Assembly: GCA_003164755.1 (NCBI GenBank)
Contig: PLUB01000061.1
Location: 102-64,101, forward strand
From: Methanosarcina sp.
GTDB taxonomy: Archaea; Halobacteriota; Methanosarcinia; Methanosarcinales; Methanosarcinaceae
DNA length: 64,000 bases
Reading direction: 5' to 3'
Part shown: positions 9,756-20,855 of the stretch, piece after piece
Position numbering within the stretch: position 1 is the stretch's first letter
How the letters are laid out: each line of letters begins with the position of its first letter
Notes under the pieces: model-generated
What the model was told of the DNA's origin: nothing
The model's database searches: none
The model's input: only the letters and a program-made list of their open reading frames with translations
Made by a program: the position numbers and the translations under genes

Positions 9756-10019
9756 ATGTTGAAACTTGGAATGAAAAAGGTACTTGCAGTTTTGCTGGCA
9801 GTCCTTTTTGTAGTATCGTTGACAGCTGTAGCAGCGACTGCGCGTGGCGGTGGCGGCGGCCGTGGCGGCTGGGGCATGATGGGAGCATCCCCACCTTGAT
9901 ATGGTCTTGGTGTTGGATACGACGGTCTTGGAGCATATCCCTACCTTGGATACGGTCTTGGCGGCTGGGGCTACGGCGGCTACGGTGGCTATGGTGGCGG
10001 ACACAGACACCACGGCTAA
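9756..10019 (+). pseudogene. Gly/Tyr-rich secreted peptide paralog interrupted by an in-frame TGA (9897-9899)
   Basis: aaggagtgaaatcaa-ATG. MLKLGMKKVLAVLLAVLFVVSLTAVAATARGGGGGRGGWGMMGASPP-TGA-YGLGVGYDGLGAYPYLGYGLGGWGYGGYGGYGGGHRHHG-TAA. The same frame is kept through the stop. The 47-aa upstream part could also stand alone. Confidence 0.55.
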
Positions 10020-10527
10020 TCATAACATAAATTAATTTATTTTTTTTACTTTTTTATAAAAATTATATAGAAATTTGATCCATTACTTATCACAAATAGT
10101 TAACATGGAATTATATTCTAAAAAACGTTAAATTGGATGAAAAAGTGATTTTGACGCTCATTCAAAACATTAACGAGTTTATCTCAGAACACGAAGTAGT
10201 TCTAATTTCTTGTTTGGTTTGGTAGCTTATAAGAATATTTCATTATCAAGAGATGTCATTAGGACAAAACAAAGCGGGCTCCTAATAATACAATAATCTA
10301 ATTTTCATTGGATCAAGAACAAATGACGTTTTCTTTACTCCACCTGAAGAATGAAACAGACTGAGCTGAAGTATCCGCGAATAGTCTATCCGCGTATTGA
10401 GGTGATTTAATTAACCAAAAAAATATCCCTGTATACCTTGATTTTATAGTGCTTTCTAAATGGGTGGTTACTAGATTCACATAACTTGACATTGTTGAAT
10501 TAACTCATTCTTGCAGATGTTACAATT

Positions 10528-10712
10528 AATTTCAGTCGAATCCCTCATAGCTTGCTTCTGGATAGAAATATCTCAGAAAACTAGTGTAAACTAACTAAGT
10601 CTATACTTTAAGCTAGCCTTGTACCATAAAATGGAACTATGAAATGCAAATCACTGTGCTTATAAAATGAAATATCATATGCTTTGTGAAAAAGTTTATT
10701 ACTGTTTTGAGT
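10528..10712 (+). repeat. ~180-bp dispersed repeat, family G, copy 1
   Basis: aatttcagtcgaatccctc...aagctagccttgtaccataaaatggaactatgaaatgcaaatc... aligns (about 70% by eye) with 36972..37146 in the same orientation. Confidence 0.6.
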
Positions 10713-10834
10713 TTGATGCAATCTATACTGCTATTGAACAGTTACATTTTTAATTGTTACTGAACCGAAATATATTCCTTAAAGATTATTGGTATTCTGT
10801 TAATATATAAAATTTTTAAAAGTTACTAAGGTCT

Positions 10835-11089
10835 AAAATCTAGTGATTTTTGGATTGATGAACTGAAGCATGAATTCTCAGGAGAAAGTGTTCGTCAATC
10901 AAACCTAAAATTGATACTACAAAGCTTCAATCATGAGGATATTTTCAAAAGATAGTATTCATTTCGAAATCTAGTGATTTTTTAGTTTTACACAATTACT
11001 TGATTTTGGTTGCCACCAGACTAGCAAAAAGTAGTGTGTCGTGAGCTTCAATTAGGCTATAGAAGACCTTTTCAAAAAAGACTATTCAT
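10835..11089 (+). repeat. two adjacent ~125-bp units with conserved ends
   Basis: Units 10835-10962 and 10966-11089 both start aaatctagtgattttt and end gcttcaat...ttttcaaaa.a.a.tattcat. Their middles differ. Confidence 0.4.
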
Positions 11090-11582
11090 GGTAAACTTCG
11101 AGAACAACTTCCAACCTCTTGATGCGATACCTTCCAATCCCTTAATATTGATAGATACCACAGATCATCTTTCATTTACAAGCTAATGATGTTTTTCAAA
11201 GATCATTATGCACCCCCTAAAATTACTTTTATTTTCTTACTTTTATATGATTCATGATTTTGAGTTCACAATCAAGAGCAATAAAAACTGTAGTTTAAAG
11301 TATATACTTCAGACAGTTGAGGCTTAAGTAGTACACATTTCTAAATTAAATCACACATATAATATAAAAAACTTCAACTTTTATTTTTAAATAATTATTT
11401 ATTCTGCATTTATCTATTTTCAGTTAGTTTATGCGATGATTACCCATATAGTTTAATATACTATTTGAGTATTTTAAAAAAATGAATCAAAATATTGGAT
11501 TAGATATTCTTCTTGTGCTCTCAGCGCCTCTTTTTATAGGCGGGATAATGAAGAATCGATAGAATACCTCAGGATCAGCTAT

Positions 11583-12638
11583 GTGAACTTTCCTGATAGT
11601 CTGAAAAGCCAGGAAAATCAGAAGCAATTAGTAAATCTGAAGAAAAAGAGAAAGGGATTGAAAACGAATGCTAAAGTTATAGGGCTTGATATTGGAGGGG
11701 CGAATACTAAGCTGGCATCCTCAAATGGGACTCAAGTAGAACTTCACTATCTGCCCCTATGGAAAAATACCAAGCTCTCGGAAGTCTTGAAGGAAATCGC
11801 ATATCGATTACAACCAGAAAAAGTTGCCATTGTTATGACAGGAGAACTTGCAGACTGTTTTGAAAATAAAGGCCAAGGTATTATCTTTATAAAAGAAGCT
11901 GTTGATTCTGCATTTGGATCTCCAAAAGTCTCGTATATAAATTGCATGGGTAGATTTCAGAGTGAAACTGACAAACTAACAGATCTTGCTGCTGCTAACT
12001 GGGTAGCTTCAGTCATGCTAGTAGGAGCTGAGCTTGGAGACTGTATTTTTGTGGACGTAGGCAGTACCACAACTGACATTATTCCGATAATTTCCAGGGA
12101 ACACAAAGCAGGAATAACTGACTTTGAACGCCTGATGCGGAGTGAACTTATATATTCAGGCGCACTCAGAACAAACATTGCTACTCTTCTTGAAAAAGTA
12201 AAAATTAACCAGAGATTGTGCAGAATCGCTTCAGAACTCTTTGCAACAACCGCAGATGTGTATATCTTGCTTGGTAAAATCAATGAAGATATTTACACTT
12301 GCGAGACTGCAGATGGAGCGGGAAGAAGCAAAACAGATGCTATGCGTAGGATTGCAAGGCTAGTCTGCACAGATCTTTCAGAAATTCGAGAAAAAGATAT
12401 ATATGAAATAGCAAGCCAGGTGTATGAAAAACAGATATCCACCCTGACTGAAGTGATTTATGAAGTTGCGAAAAGGAATGAACTTAATAGAATAGTAGCT
12501 GCAGGCCTTGGGGAGTTTCTCATAAAAGAAGCTTCAGAAAGACTCGGTTTAGAATGCATTTCGGTTTCCGGACACTGGGGAGAAAAAATATCAAGAGTTT
12601 TCCCGGCATACGCTGCTGCTAGACTACTTGATAAATGA
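11583..12638 (+). CDS. hydantoinase/oxoprolinase-fold (ASKHA) protein of the H4MPT-linked C1-transfer pathway family (possibly MfnF-like)
   Basis: 351-aa ORF with VIGLDIGGANTK and FVDVGSTTTD phosphate-binding motifs. A more likely start is TTG 11658 (MKTNAKVIGLDIGG). The family assignment is from memory. Confidence 0.7.
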   Translation: MNFPDSLKSQENQKQLVNLKKKRKGLKTNAKVIGLDIGGANTKLASSNGTQVELHYLPLWKNTKLSEVLKEIAYRLQPEKVAIVMTGELADCFENKGQGIIFIKEAVDSAFGSPKVSYINCMGRFQSETDKLTDLAAANWVASVMLVGAELGDCIFVDVGSTTTDIIPIISREHKAGITDFERLMRSELIYSGALRTNIATLLEKVKINQRLCRIASELFATTADVYILLGKINEDIYTCETADGAGRSKTDAMRRIARLVCTDLSEIREKDIYEIASQVYEKQISTLTEVIYEVAKRNELNRIVAAGLGEFLIKEASERLGLECISVSGHWGEKISRVFPAYAAARLLDK

Positions 12639-12675
12639 AATATCATCTCCGAGATTAGCAAAACAAAATATTAAA

Positions 12676-13150
12676 GAGAATTTTGATAAACTCATATGCA
12701 TTTGAGTATTGACAGTTCAAATATCTTAACAATTTTTGATACTAATAAAAAATGTTACTATTTTACTCTTAAAGAAGGATCAAAACATCTTCAGTCAGTT
12801 GTAGACAAACTTGATGAAATTGATTCCTTAATTGATTGGAAATCTGTTAGTATTATTTCTGAGTCCATAATTTTTAACAAAACCGTTTTCTGAGAAAGAC
12901 CTGAATCTGATGTAATCATTATGTTTAAAAGGCTCGTTTTATAGCAATGTCCTGGTCTTTCTGATTTTGAAATTGAGAAACAATGTACTGGTTGAATTTA
13001 GATCATGAAATTTCTTGGTTTTCCTGAATGCATACCATAAAGTACCACAGTCTGATAATTTAGAAAAAAAATATTGATAACTGTAAAGAAGGAGAAATAT
13101 GGTGATAGTTGTAAAGACACCTTAATTGCCTTGGTTTGGAAATATAAAGC
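12676..13150 (+). mobile_element. decayed left part of an IS5/IS1182-type element (copy D1)
   Basis: Starts gagaattttgataaac. From 12921 a single frame reads MFKRLVL*QCPGLSDFEIEKQCTG*I*IMKFLGFPECIP*STTV**FRKK, i.e. the LSDxExE...FLG...FR N-terminal transposase domain riddled with stop codons. Homologous to 34373..35001 and 58175..58707 (both reverse complement). Confidence 0.7.
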
Positions 13151-13662
13151 TTCTTATCCCTCCTGAAAGTTTATGTGATTCAGGTAAGTTTTTTAGCTGG
13201 AGACATTTCCTACACAATTTTTCTGCCATAACCTTTTTGTCTGGGGATCCTCACTGAAGCTCAAGTTTTGTAAACTTAAATCTCATATCAAAAAATTTCT
13301 TTCTTTTTAACCATTACACAGAATCCTAAAATTTGCCTCAAAGATTGAAAACTATTAAATTTTGACCTGCCGAAAATATGAAATTATTCACAGACATCGG
13401 AAAATAAAATTCCATTTATTGGAAAATGTAAATAGAGTATTTTGTACTCGATTTTCAACAATTCAGGAGCATAACTCATCTAATATGTATATGTGATATA
13501 TACATATATTAGAACATATTATATTTTAGAGAAATATCTTGTCCCTAAACGCAAAAAACTTTCATTTTCCTGGATAAGTCAGCCACAAAGATACTAATAA
13601 GGACATGATACAAGAAAATCAACTATTAATCAGTACTGGAAAAAACAATCTAACAACAGTTA

Positions 13663-14172
13663 TCAACGGTTATTCCTGCAGTGAATGATCTCATAGCTTA
13701 CTTTTCCTCTGTCTACACACTCCCTAACAAGCTTTTCCCGTTTCGAGAGAGTGTCCGTTTTTCCTGATTTGACCTCAATAAAGACTACTTTATTCATTTC
13801 TCCCTCAGAAAGACCGTCAAAGACTATGAAATCCACTGGTGTACCAAGAAAGCGTGCATCCTTTGGGTTGTACTCGAAATCAGGGAAATAAGGGATCAGG
13901 TGTTCAGTGACCTTACCCCTAGTGACAGCTTCGCTTTTCTTTACTGCGTCCTGTCGGATTTTTTTCTCCTCATCAAGTTTCCAGTTTCGAAAAAGGATAT
14001 CGGCTTTTTCAGAGACCTGGCGATTCATTTCCCTATCCTGCCAAAATTCATACAAATCTCTGGCACGGGACTCGACCGAGCCCCTTAGCTGGATATACTT
14101 CAGAAGCAGATAAACTGCAAAAAGGGCAAGAAAAAGGATAAGCATCGAATTAATCCAGTTGTTCATGGCCAT
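13663..14172 (-). CDS. membrane-anchored endonuclease related to archaeal Holliday junction resolvase
   Basis: 169 aa: N-terminal TM helix, charged coiled segment, then GTPVDFIVFDG...VVFIEVKSGKTDTLSKREKLVRECV, which resembles the Endonuc_Holl / COG4741 family. Confidence 0.65.
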   Translation of the reverse strand: MAMNNWINSMLILFLALFAVYLLLKYIQLRGSVESRARDLYEFWQDREMNRQVSEKADILFRNWKLDEEKKIRQDAVKKSEAVTRGKVTEHLIPYFPDFEYNPKDARFLGTPVDFIVFDGLSEGEMNKVVFIEVKSGKTDTLSKREKLVRECVDRGKVSYEIIHCRNNR

Positions 14173-15547
14173 TCTCAGAAAGGGATTATATTTACTATAT
14201 TTTGAGAAGTAACTCCCATTAGTTTAGATTAGCTGTAGTTCAGAATGGATATACTTATTCTTTTTTATTTTTACTCAATAGTTCACAGGAAAAAACTTCA
14301 TCCAAAAATCTCAGGAATACTTCTAGAAATCCCTTAATTTCGTCATATATTATTAAATGAATATGAATGGCTTGTGAAAATCAGAGGTTTATCGGAAGAT
14401 TCTTTGATTCCATTTTTTGTAATCGCCCCTAGGAAATTGAACATTGTAGATTTCTGAAGTAGAAATTCTTCACGAGATAAGCTTGCTTCATAGAGTGGAG
14501 TTGTTCTAAATGTATATTAATTTGCGGATGAATTCCAACGAGTGAATCACAAAAAAGAATTCTGGGGGCAGGATTGTTCTGAAGCAGGTTGCACAGGTAG
14601 CAGCAAGAAAGAAAAAAATACCATGTTAAAAAAATTATCTACCACGAGAAGAATCAAAATTAGATATAAAAAAGCAATTATTGCTCCATAAATAAAAATT
14701 ACCACAATTATATGGTATCTGAGTACAATGAAGAAATACTCGAAAATAGAACCGGATATCAAAAGAGAGAAATCTAAAAGATAACGATTGTTGAGATATA
14801 GACATTCTCGGTTGAGAAATATTTCCAAATACTTTCCAAAATAATTACAATTCGGGAGAAGAGGGCGAAGAGATTACTTAAGGATCAGTTTCGTCACCTA
14901 TTTAATATTAAATTAATGTCAAAAGATTTAAACTCCACGAAACTAAAAAGATTATAAGCTTGTCGAAATTCGCTACAGTATGTGGATATATAAAGTTCTA
15001 GGAAGAACTACTTACTTCAATTATTTTTGCTGAAAAATATAAATATCTGAGAATATATTATAACTTGCAAAAATAGTTTTTTGGTAAATCTCTCTAGAAG
15101 ATCGTGACAATAAGGCATACATTTATAAAATATTTTCTAAAAAATGAATCTTTAACCAGATGGCATTTCGAAAAATTTCAAAATTAAAGAAAATCTAAAT
15201 GAAAATTGGAAAAAATTAAATGCTATGTTTTTTGGTCTCGAAATATACCACCTTGCCACTTTTAGCCCCTATATAAAAGTGCGATAAATTCACTTTAGTT
15301 TGAAAATCGATGACTAGAACAATTGTAAATAATGAAATTTTACTGCGGAAAATGGGATAGATATGACATTCAATGCTAACATAAGATTTAAGTTCACTTG
15401 AACGATCGAAAAGAGTGAAACAAAATCGAATGCTACTGGAGCACAATTCGGAACTTACTACAGAGCTGTAACTCTGCAAGGATAAAATTGATTAATGATC
15501 GTTTTTGTACTTAGCTAAACTAATTTGAATTTTGCAAAGCAGGTAGA

Positions 15548-16411
15548 ATGGACATGGAGAAGAACGTTATGGACGCTCTCCTTGAGTTTATCGAAATCCG
15601 AGCCCTGACGAACAGAGCAAGAGTTGCTATGGGAATAAGGGATCCAAATTTCAAGGTTCTCGAAAGTGCGTGGAAAGCCCAGGAAAAAGGATATGCTCAG
15701 GTTATCCTGGTAGGGAGCAAAAAGGAAATCGATAAAATTGGAACAGAGCTTGAGGTAGTGGATACCGAAGATCCAGAAAAGGTTCTTGTGGAACTTTTGA
15801 TATCAAGAAAAATAGATGCAGCTATAAGGGGAACTGCAGAGTCATCTGGAACCCTTGCACACCTTAAAGAAGCACTTGGAAAGAAAAGCATCTGCAGACT
15901 TGCACTACTTCTGACAGCTGGCGGAAAGCCTTTCTTTCTTGCCCCTGTAGGAATCGATGAAGGTAATACAATTGCAGATAAGCTTCACATGATTACTCTG
16001 GGTGCCGAGCATATCAGTAGATTAGGAATCAACCCTGTAATAGGTGTGCTTTCAGGTGGTAGGATTGAAGATATTGGTAGGAATATACTTGTGGACAGAA
16101 CCCTCGCAGACGGTGAATTAGTTGCAAATAGAGCTATGAAACTTGGGATGAATGCTAAGCATTACACCATTCTTATTGAAGATGCCATAAAAGAATCCAA
16201 CTTTATCGTTGCCCCAGATGGAATCTCAGGAAACCTTATATTTCGGACAGTTGCTTTCCTGGGCGGAGGTGACGGGCTTGGGGCTCCTGTGCTAATGGAT
16301 GATTACGTTTTTGTGGATACTTCAAGGGCAGGCGGACATTTTACTAAAGCCATAATGCTTGCAAGCGCATTATCTCACCTGAATAAAGAAAGAAAAAAAA
16401 TGACTCAATGA
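15548..16411 (+). CDS. MtxX / methanogen marker protein 4 family (PTA/PlsX-like fold)
   Basis: 287-aa ORF with good codon structure. GVLSGGR...APDGISGNLIFRT...GAPVL pattern resembles MtxX-type proteins. No mtxA/mtxH follows. Confidence 0.6.
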   Translation: MDMEKNVMDALLEFIEIRALTNRARVAMGIRDPNFKVLESAWKAQEKGYAQVILVGSKKEIDKIGTELEVVDTEDPEKVLVELLISRKIDAAIRGTAESSGTLAHLKEALGKKSICRLALLLTAGGKPFFLAPVGIDEGNTIADKLHMITLGAEHISRLGINPVIGVLSGGRIEDIGRNILVDRTLADGELVANRAMKLGMNAKHYTILIEDAIKESNFIVAPDGISGNLIFRTVAFLGGGDGLGAPVLMDDYVFVDTSRAGGHFTKAIMLASALSHLNKERKKMTQ

Positions 16412-17988
16412 AAACTATTGTAGACACATGTCCTGTCGTAAATATGAATACAAGACAGAAAACAAAAAGTCCAACATAGCGATCTTAACCATTGAAAGCT
16501 ACATAAACCCCATACATGAAGCTGACCTCTAAGGAAGCTCATAAACCGAGAGTACTGAAGTCAAAGAAAAAGTCAAAAATAGAATTTCAAACTCCAACAG
16601 CAAGTACATCCTTGGGTTTTAGACTAAACCAAGAAATAATCTGGCAAGCCATGCACTGCCTACAGTTTATGCAAATAGTAATGATTAAAAGGACAGGGTG
16701 CTTGACTTCAAGGAAGCAAACCCTTTCATATAAACATCCCATGAAGACAATCATAATCTTCCAGTAACAGTTTGTACTTCTTTTAGAATGTGATAGTTGA
16801 TTAGGAGTAAATCCTTAGGCTTGTGATCAAATATAAGAATAAAGGAAAAGCAGATACTATGGATCTCTAGGTGTATATTTTCCAAAAATAAGTAAATCTA
16901 CTATTGTAGTTACTCTTTCAAGCGACGTGAGAATATCCGAAGAGTTACTAATAGACACACCAGCAGGTATTGTTTGCAAAGTAGAAGTCACTGATTCTTT
17001 GATTGGTGAAAATTCAATGTGAATATAACTAAGAAATTGGTAACTAAGGAGAAGATAAGATTTGTTTTTGTCATTGTAAGCTACATGAAATCAATTTCCG
17101 GTTTCTTGATTTCCATCCATTTTCATAAAAATAAGTAACCGAAAAATATATTAACTTCTCTCTTATATAAGTTTAAACTTACTCTAAATTTTAGAAATAT
17201 AATCTGCTGCCCTAATTGTCGTATCAGAATAGATTTTTGTTACCATAAAATCATCAAAAAATTTAGATATTTCTGATTTTTTGTTTTGGTTACTTTATTT
17301 TTTTTACAGCATTAACAAGATTTTCCTCGACAAATCTATACAGTTAGTGCGCTGTATTGAAGTAGAAAACTATCCAATGAATATTTCCAATTTTTGTCCT
17401 ATAAAAGTGGAAGCAAGAAGTTAGCCCGAAAGTGCCTAAATTATGGAATTTACCTTGTTCTGCCCCCGCATTCTCTCTGACCCTATTGGATATGTTCACA
17501 ACACCTGTGACTAACAGAAAACATGCTTCTAGTCAGAATACCCCTTGTTTCCACCCAAGAAAGTAATCACGACACCATATTCGTTCAATTCAACATTTTG
17601 AGTTTAACGAACAGCTACCATCTCCTTCAAGATCCCGAATTTGACTATTCATGTTTTGTGGGTTAAAATAATTATCCAGTTGAAAAGTAACTACATCTTA
17701 AGAGAAAAATATATTATGAATGTGATTTCCATAGATAATGTTTTCAAATAATATATATGTCGTCCCATATTTAAAAAATTATTATGAATTATCCACCCTA
17801 AATAGCGAAGAGCCTTGATTATTTGAGAAAAGATAATATGAGGAAATACAGAGAGTTTCTGGCTACATCCTGTTGTATAAAGCAAAGATAAAAGTAAATT
17901 ACATCATAAAAAATAAGTATTGTTTTAGAACTATTAAAAATACTTTTATAGTCTTGAGTGGACTCAATTTATATAAAGAGGGGATTCC

Positions 17989-18834
17989 GTGGTATCAGGA
18001 AAGAACTCCATTAAAATGACCGCAAAAAAAGAATTGTTTCTCCTTCTCCCTAAAATAGATAATATCTTTGCGTTAGAACCTGCAGTGCTCCGAACTGATG
18101 CTGAGCCAATAATGCTTGTTGGAGATATTCACGGAGACCTACAAGCTCTTAACTTCATAATAGGATTGAGAGAAGAAATAGATTGCAAAAACATTCTCTT
18201 TCTTGGTGACTATGTAGATAGAGGATTGCAGAGTACTGAGGTACTTTTAGAACTGTTCAAGTTAAAAATTGAAGATCCAGAACATGTTTTTCTCCTTAGA
18301 GGCAATCACGAAAGTGTAGAAATGAACTTTTACTATGGTTTTTATAAGGAAATAGGTTGTGATAAGGAGTTTCTCTTAAGGATCAGCCAAACATATGATA
18401 AGATGCCGGTAGCTGCTGTACTTTCAGGGCACACATTCTGTGTACATGGAGGGATTAACGGAACTGGAAGTATTGATACTATTAACAAAGAAGAATGTTT
18501 TCCCTATCTTTGGAATGATCCAGCACAAAGCTTAGGCTTTACCCCTTCAAATAGAGGTCACACGGTGAAGGAATTTGGGCCTAACATTGTAGACGGTTTT
18601 TTAATGACAAATAATTTGAAAAGAATAATAAGAGGACACGAATTCTTTGAAGAAGGATATAAGTGGTGGTTCGACGGGAAATTACTTTCCATCTTTTCCT
18701 GCCCTAGATACGTGGGTCAAAAAAATGATGGTACTTTTATCTTGTTTGAGAAAGGACAGCTAAAATTGTTTGTTTTCGGGATAAAAAGGAGTAAAGAAAA
18801 AATAACTCTTAAAGCCTGTTACGAAATAACTTAG
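17989..18834 (+). CDS. PPP-family serine/threonine protein phosphatase (PP1-arch type)
   Basis: GDIHGD, GDYVDRG and GNHE motifs in canonical order. GTG start, alternative ATG at 18016. Confidence 0.85.
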   Translation: MVSGKNSIKMTAKKELFLLLPKIDNIFALEPAVLRTDAEPIMLVGDIHGDLQALNFIIGLREEIDCKNILFLGDYVDRGLQSTEVLLELFKLKIEDPEHVFLLRGNHESVEMNFYYGFYKEIGCDKEFLLRISQTYDKMPVAAVLSGHTFCVHGGINGTGSIDTINKEECFPYLWNDPAQSLGFTPSNRGHTVKEFGPNIVDGFLMTNNLKRIIRGHEFFEEGYKWWFDGKLLSIFSCPRYVGQKNDGTFILFEKGQLKLFVFGIKRSKEKITLKACYEIT

Positions 18835-19188
18835 GTAACACATAATTATTTTAGAATTTAATAGATTATGCTGTTTGTGAAAACGATTTTGTATGGTATA
18901 AATTTGTCCAAACTGATTGGTGGTGGTTCTAATTAGTGAATGTACACAAATTCTTCCTAGATCTAAATTCAAACATTAAGCTTGTGATAACTTTTGAACC
19001 GAAGCCTAGCAGTACAACTAAACGTGATTTTTGAAGAATTATTTAGTCAGCATTTATAATTTATGGTATCTTCTAATTTTTTCGATAAATAACATATCTA
19101 AAAGAGAGAAAATACATAGTGAGTAAACAAAGGTCGTATTCAATAACCTTGCTTTAATAGTTAGGGTATAATGCTGATAACTATTGCA

Positions 19189-19425
19189 GGAGAAGCTGCA
19201 TTTACATATATTCCAAACTATGGTAGCAACAATGTCTCTGTAATTGATACAGCCACAGATAATGTTAAGCTACTGTAAATGTATGCGATCTTTATGGTAA
19301 TCCTCATGGAGTTGCAGTCACCTTGATGAAACAACGATATATGTGACTCACCAAAACGAATATACTGTCTCCGTAATTAACACAACCTCAAACAAAGTTA
19401 CAGACACAGTGAATGTCGGAAATAA
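19189..19425 (+). pseudogene. fragment of a YVTN-type beta-propeller repeat protein
   Basis: GEAAFTYIPNYGSNNVSVIDTATDNV..., then shifted/stopped pieces ...HGVAVT.., YVTHQNEYTVSVINTTSNKVTDTVNVGNK. No start and no body. Confidence 0.55.
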
Positions 19426-20078
19426 AGTTTCACAATAAGAATTATAAGTAGTGTGCCAATTATTCTGTAAAATAACAAATCTCAAGAGTTAGTGGGTAAA
19501 TAATTCCATATTTTAAGAACCTAATCACATAAAGTATACAGAATTTAACTTTGAATTTACAGCAAATTCGAAGAACTACGATAGTTTTTTGAAGGACCAC
19601 AATGGAACATTGGAAAAGGAATTAGAAAACCTTCAGAATTTGTATATTAATTACATCCTACAGATGCAGATCCCGATCAATCAGAGAGCAATTGAAGCGC
19701 TCGTAGCTAAAAAAACAATAATGGTGATTTTGGTAACTCCGGCTACAATTATACCACAGAATAAAATGAGCGGGGAGGACATCCTATTAAAAATAGAGAG
19801 AGTTAGGATGAAAAATATTGATCAGTAAATGACTGTGCCTTTCTCTAATCCAAACAAACTTTGCTCGAATTTCTCGTTACATATCTAAATTTCTTCGTCA
19901 CACAAAAATCTATCAGCATATGCTAGTTTAAACCTGCTTCCTCTTAGTTCTCTTAGTGTTTAATCCATGAAACACTCAATTTTGATGCCTCAGAACTCAT
20001 AGGGTTCATCATGGAATCAGCTAAATTTTTCATCATAGGCATCCGATTTATATTCAAATAACATCTGGTTAATATAAA

Positions 20079-20160
20079 GATATTTTGATAAACCTCTGAT
20101 TCACGAGTCATATATATCATTTTTAAGCATATGACGAATTTATGGATTTATCAAAATTCC
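20079..20160. mobile_element. family C MITE-like element, copy 4
   Basis: gatattttgataaacc ... ggatttatcaaaattcc. Just downstream of the pyrF stop. Confidence 0.55.
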
Positions 20161-20189
20161 AAAAAAAATATATTTCAGAAAAATATTCT

Positions 20190-20855
20190 TCAGGTATCCC
20201 CTTTAAGCTCAGTATCAATTTCCTTAAAAATCTCGTAAACAGCTTTTTTTGGCGATTCTGCTCCACATATGATCCTTCCTACAATTACCCAGTCTGCGCC
20301 TGCAAAAATCGCTTTAGAGGCTATTCCTCCCTGGGCACCAACTCCGGGGGCGATAATAGCAAGTTCGTCTCCAATAAGATTTCGTAGCTTTTTTACCCTT
20401 TCAGGCCTGGTGGCAGGGGCAACAAGCCCGAAAGCTCCTGCTTCAGCGGCCATCTTTGCGATAATTTCTGCTGCAGGCTGCAGAAATTCGGCTCCACCCG
20501 GATGGCTCATTTCGGTTACAACAAAAACATCTTTTCCAAACTTAGAAGCTACTTCAATGCAGGCATCAAGGCTGTCTCTTCCAGTAAAACCCTGGACAAT
20601 AATTGCATTTGCCCCTGCTTCAAAAACCTGCTCACAGATAAGGCGGTTGGTATTTGGGATATCTGCAACCTTGAAATCTGCTATTACAGGAGCAAAATTG
20701 GCAAGTTCCCTGATAATCCCAAGCCCTGTAGCAAGTATTAGAGGATAACCTACCTTTATTCCATCTACAAAATCCTGAACATCTTCCGCAATTCTCAGTG
20801 CTTCTTCCCTCTCGGGTACGTCCAGGGCAAGAATTATACAGGTATTCTTTTCCAT
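20190..20855 (-). CDS. pyrF: orotidine 5-prime-phosphate decarboxylase
   Basis: [13 protein letters not shown]..., FKVADIPNT motif, C-terminal GADWVIVGR. Start ATG 20855 overlaps the upstream gene's stop by 1 nt (TAATG). Confidence 0.9.
   Translation of the reverse strand: MEKNTCIILALDVPEREEALRIAEDVQDFVDGIKVGYPLILATGLGIIRELANFAPVIADFKVADIPNTNRLICEQVFEAGANAIIVQGFTGRDSLDACIEVASKFGKDVFVVTEMSHPGGAEFLQPAAEIIAKMAAEAGAFGLVAPATRPERVKKLRNLIGDELAIIAPGVGAQGGIASKAIFAGADWVIVGRIICGAESPKKAVYEIFKEIDTELKGDT

Noticed and set aside
9897-9899. Selenocysteine recoding of in-frame TGA codons (also 33126-33128 and 42827-42829)
   Set aside because: I saw no SECIS-like structure. The aligned residue in cysteate synthase is expected to be Gly, and two of the three genes carry other lesions. 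A nonsense mutation is the simpler explanation.
9685-10030. Three overlapping ORFs (9685..10023 -, 9732..10013 -, 9746..10030 +) with Arg/Ser/Trp-rich translations
   Set aside because: They are alternative-frame and antisense shadows of the GGC/GGT-rich Gly/Tyr peptide gene. Only the frame starting at ATG 9756 has an RBS, a signal peptide and a paralog.
12696-12893. 65-aa ORF
   Set aside because: It lies in the non-coding left part of the decayed IS copy D1, and the homologous regions in D2/D3 do not keep the frame.
13483-13515. AT-only near-palindrome taatatgtatatgtgatatatacatatatta downstream of the nuclease gene
   Set aside because: It is an imperfect, low-complexity AT repeat, and I cannot distinguish it from chance in this composition.
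14547-17885. AT-rich ORFs 14547..14828, 15216..15479, 16516..16767 and 17691..17885
   Set aside because: They have non-ATG starts or no RBS, Ile/Phe/Leu/Lys-dominated translations typical of random AT-rich sequence, and no recognisable family.
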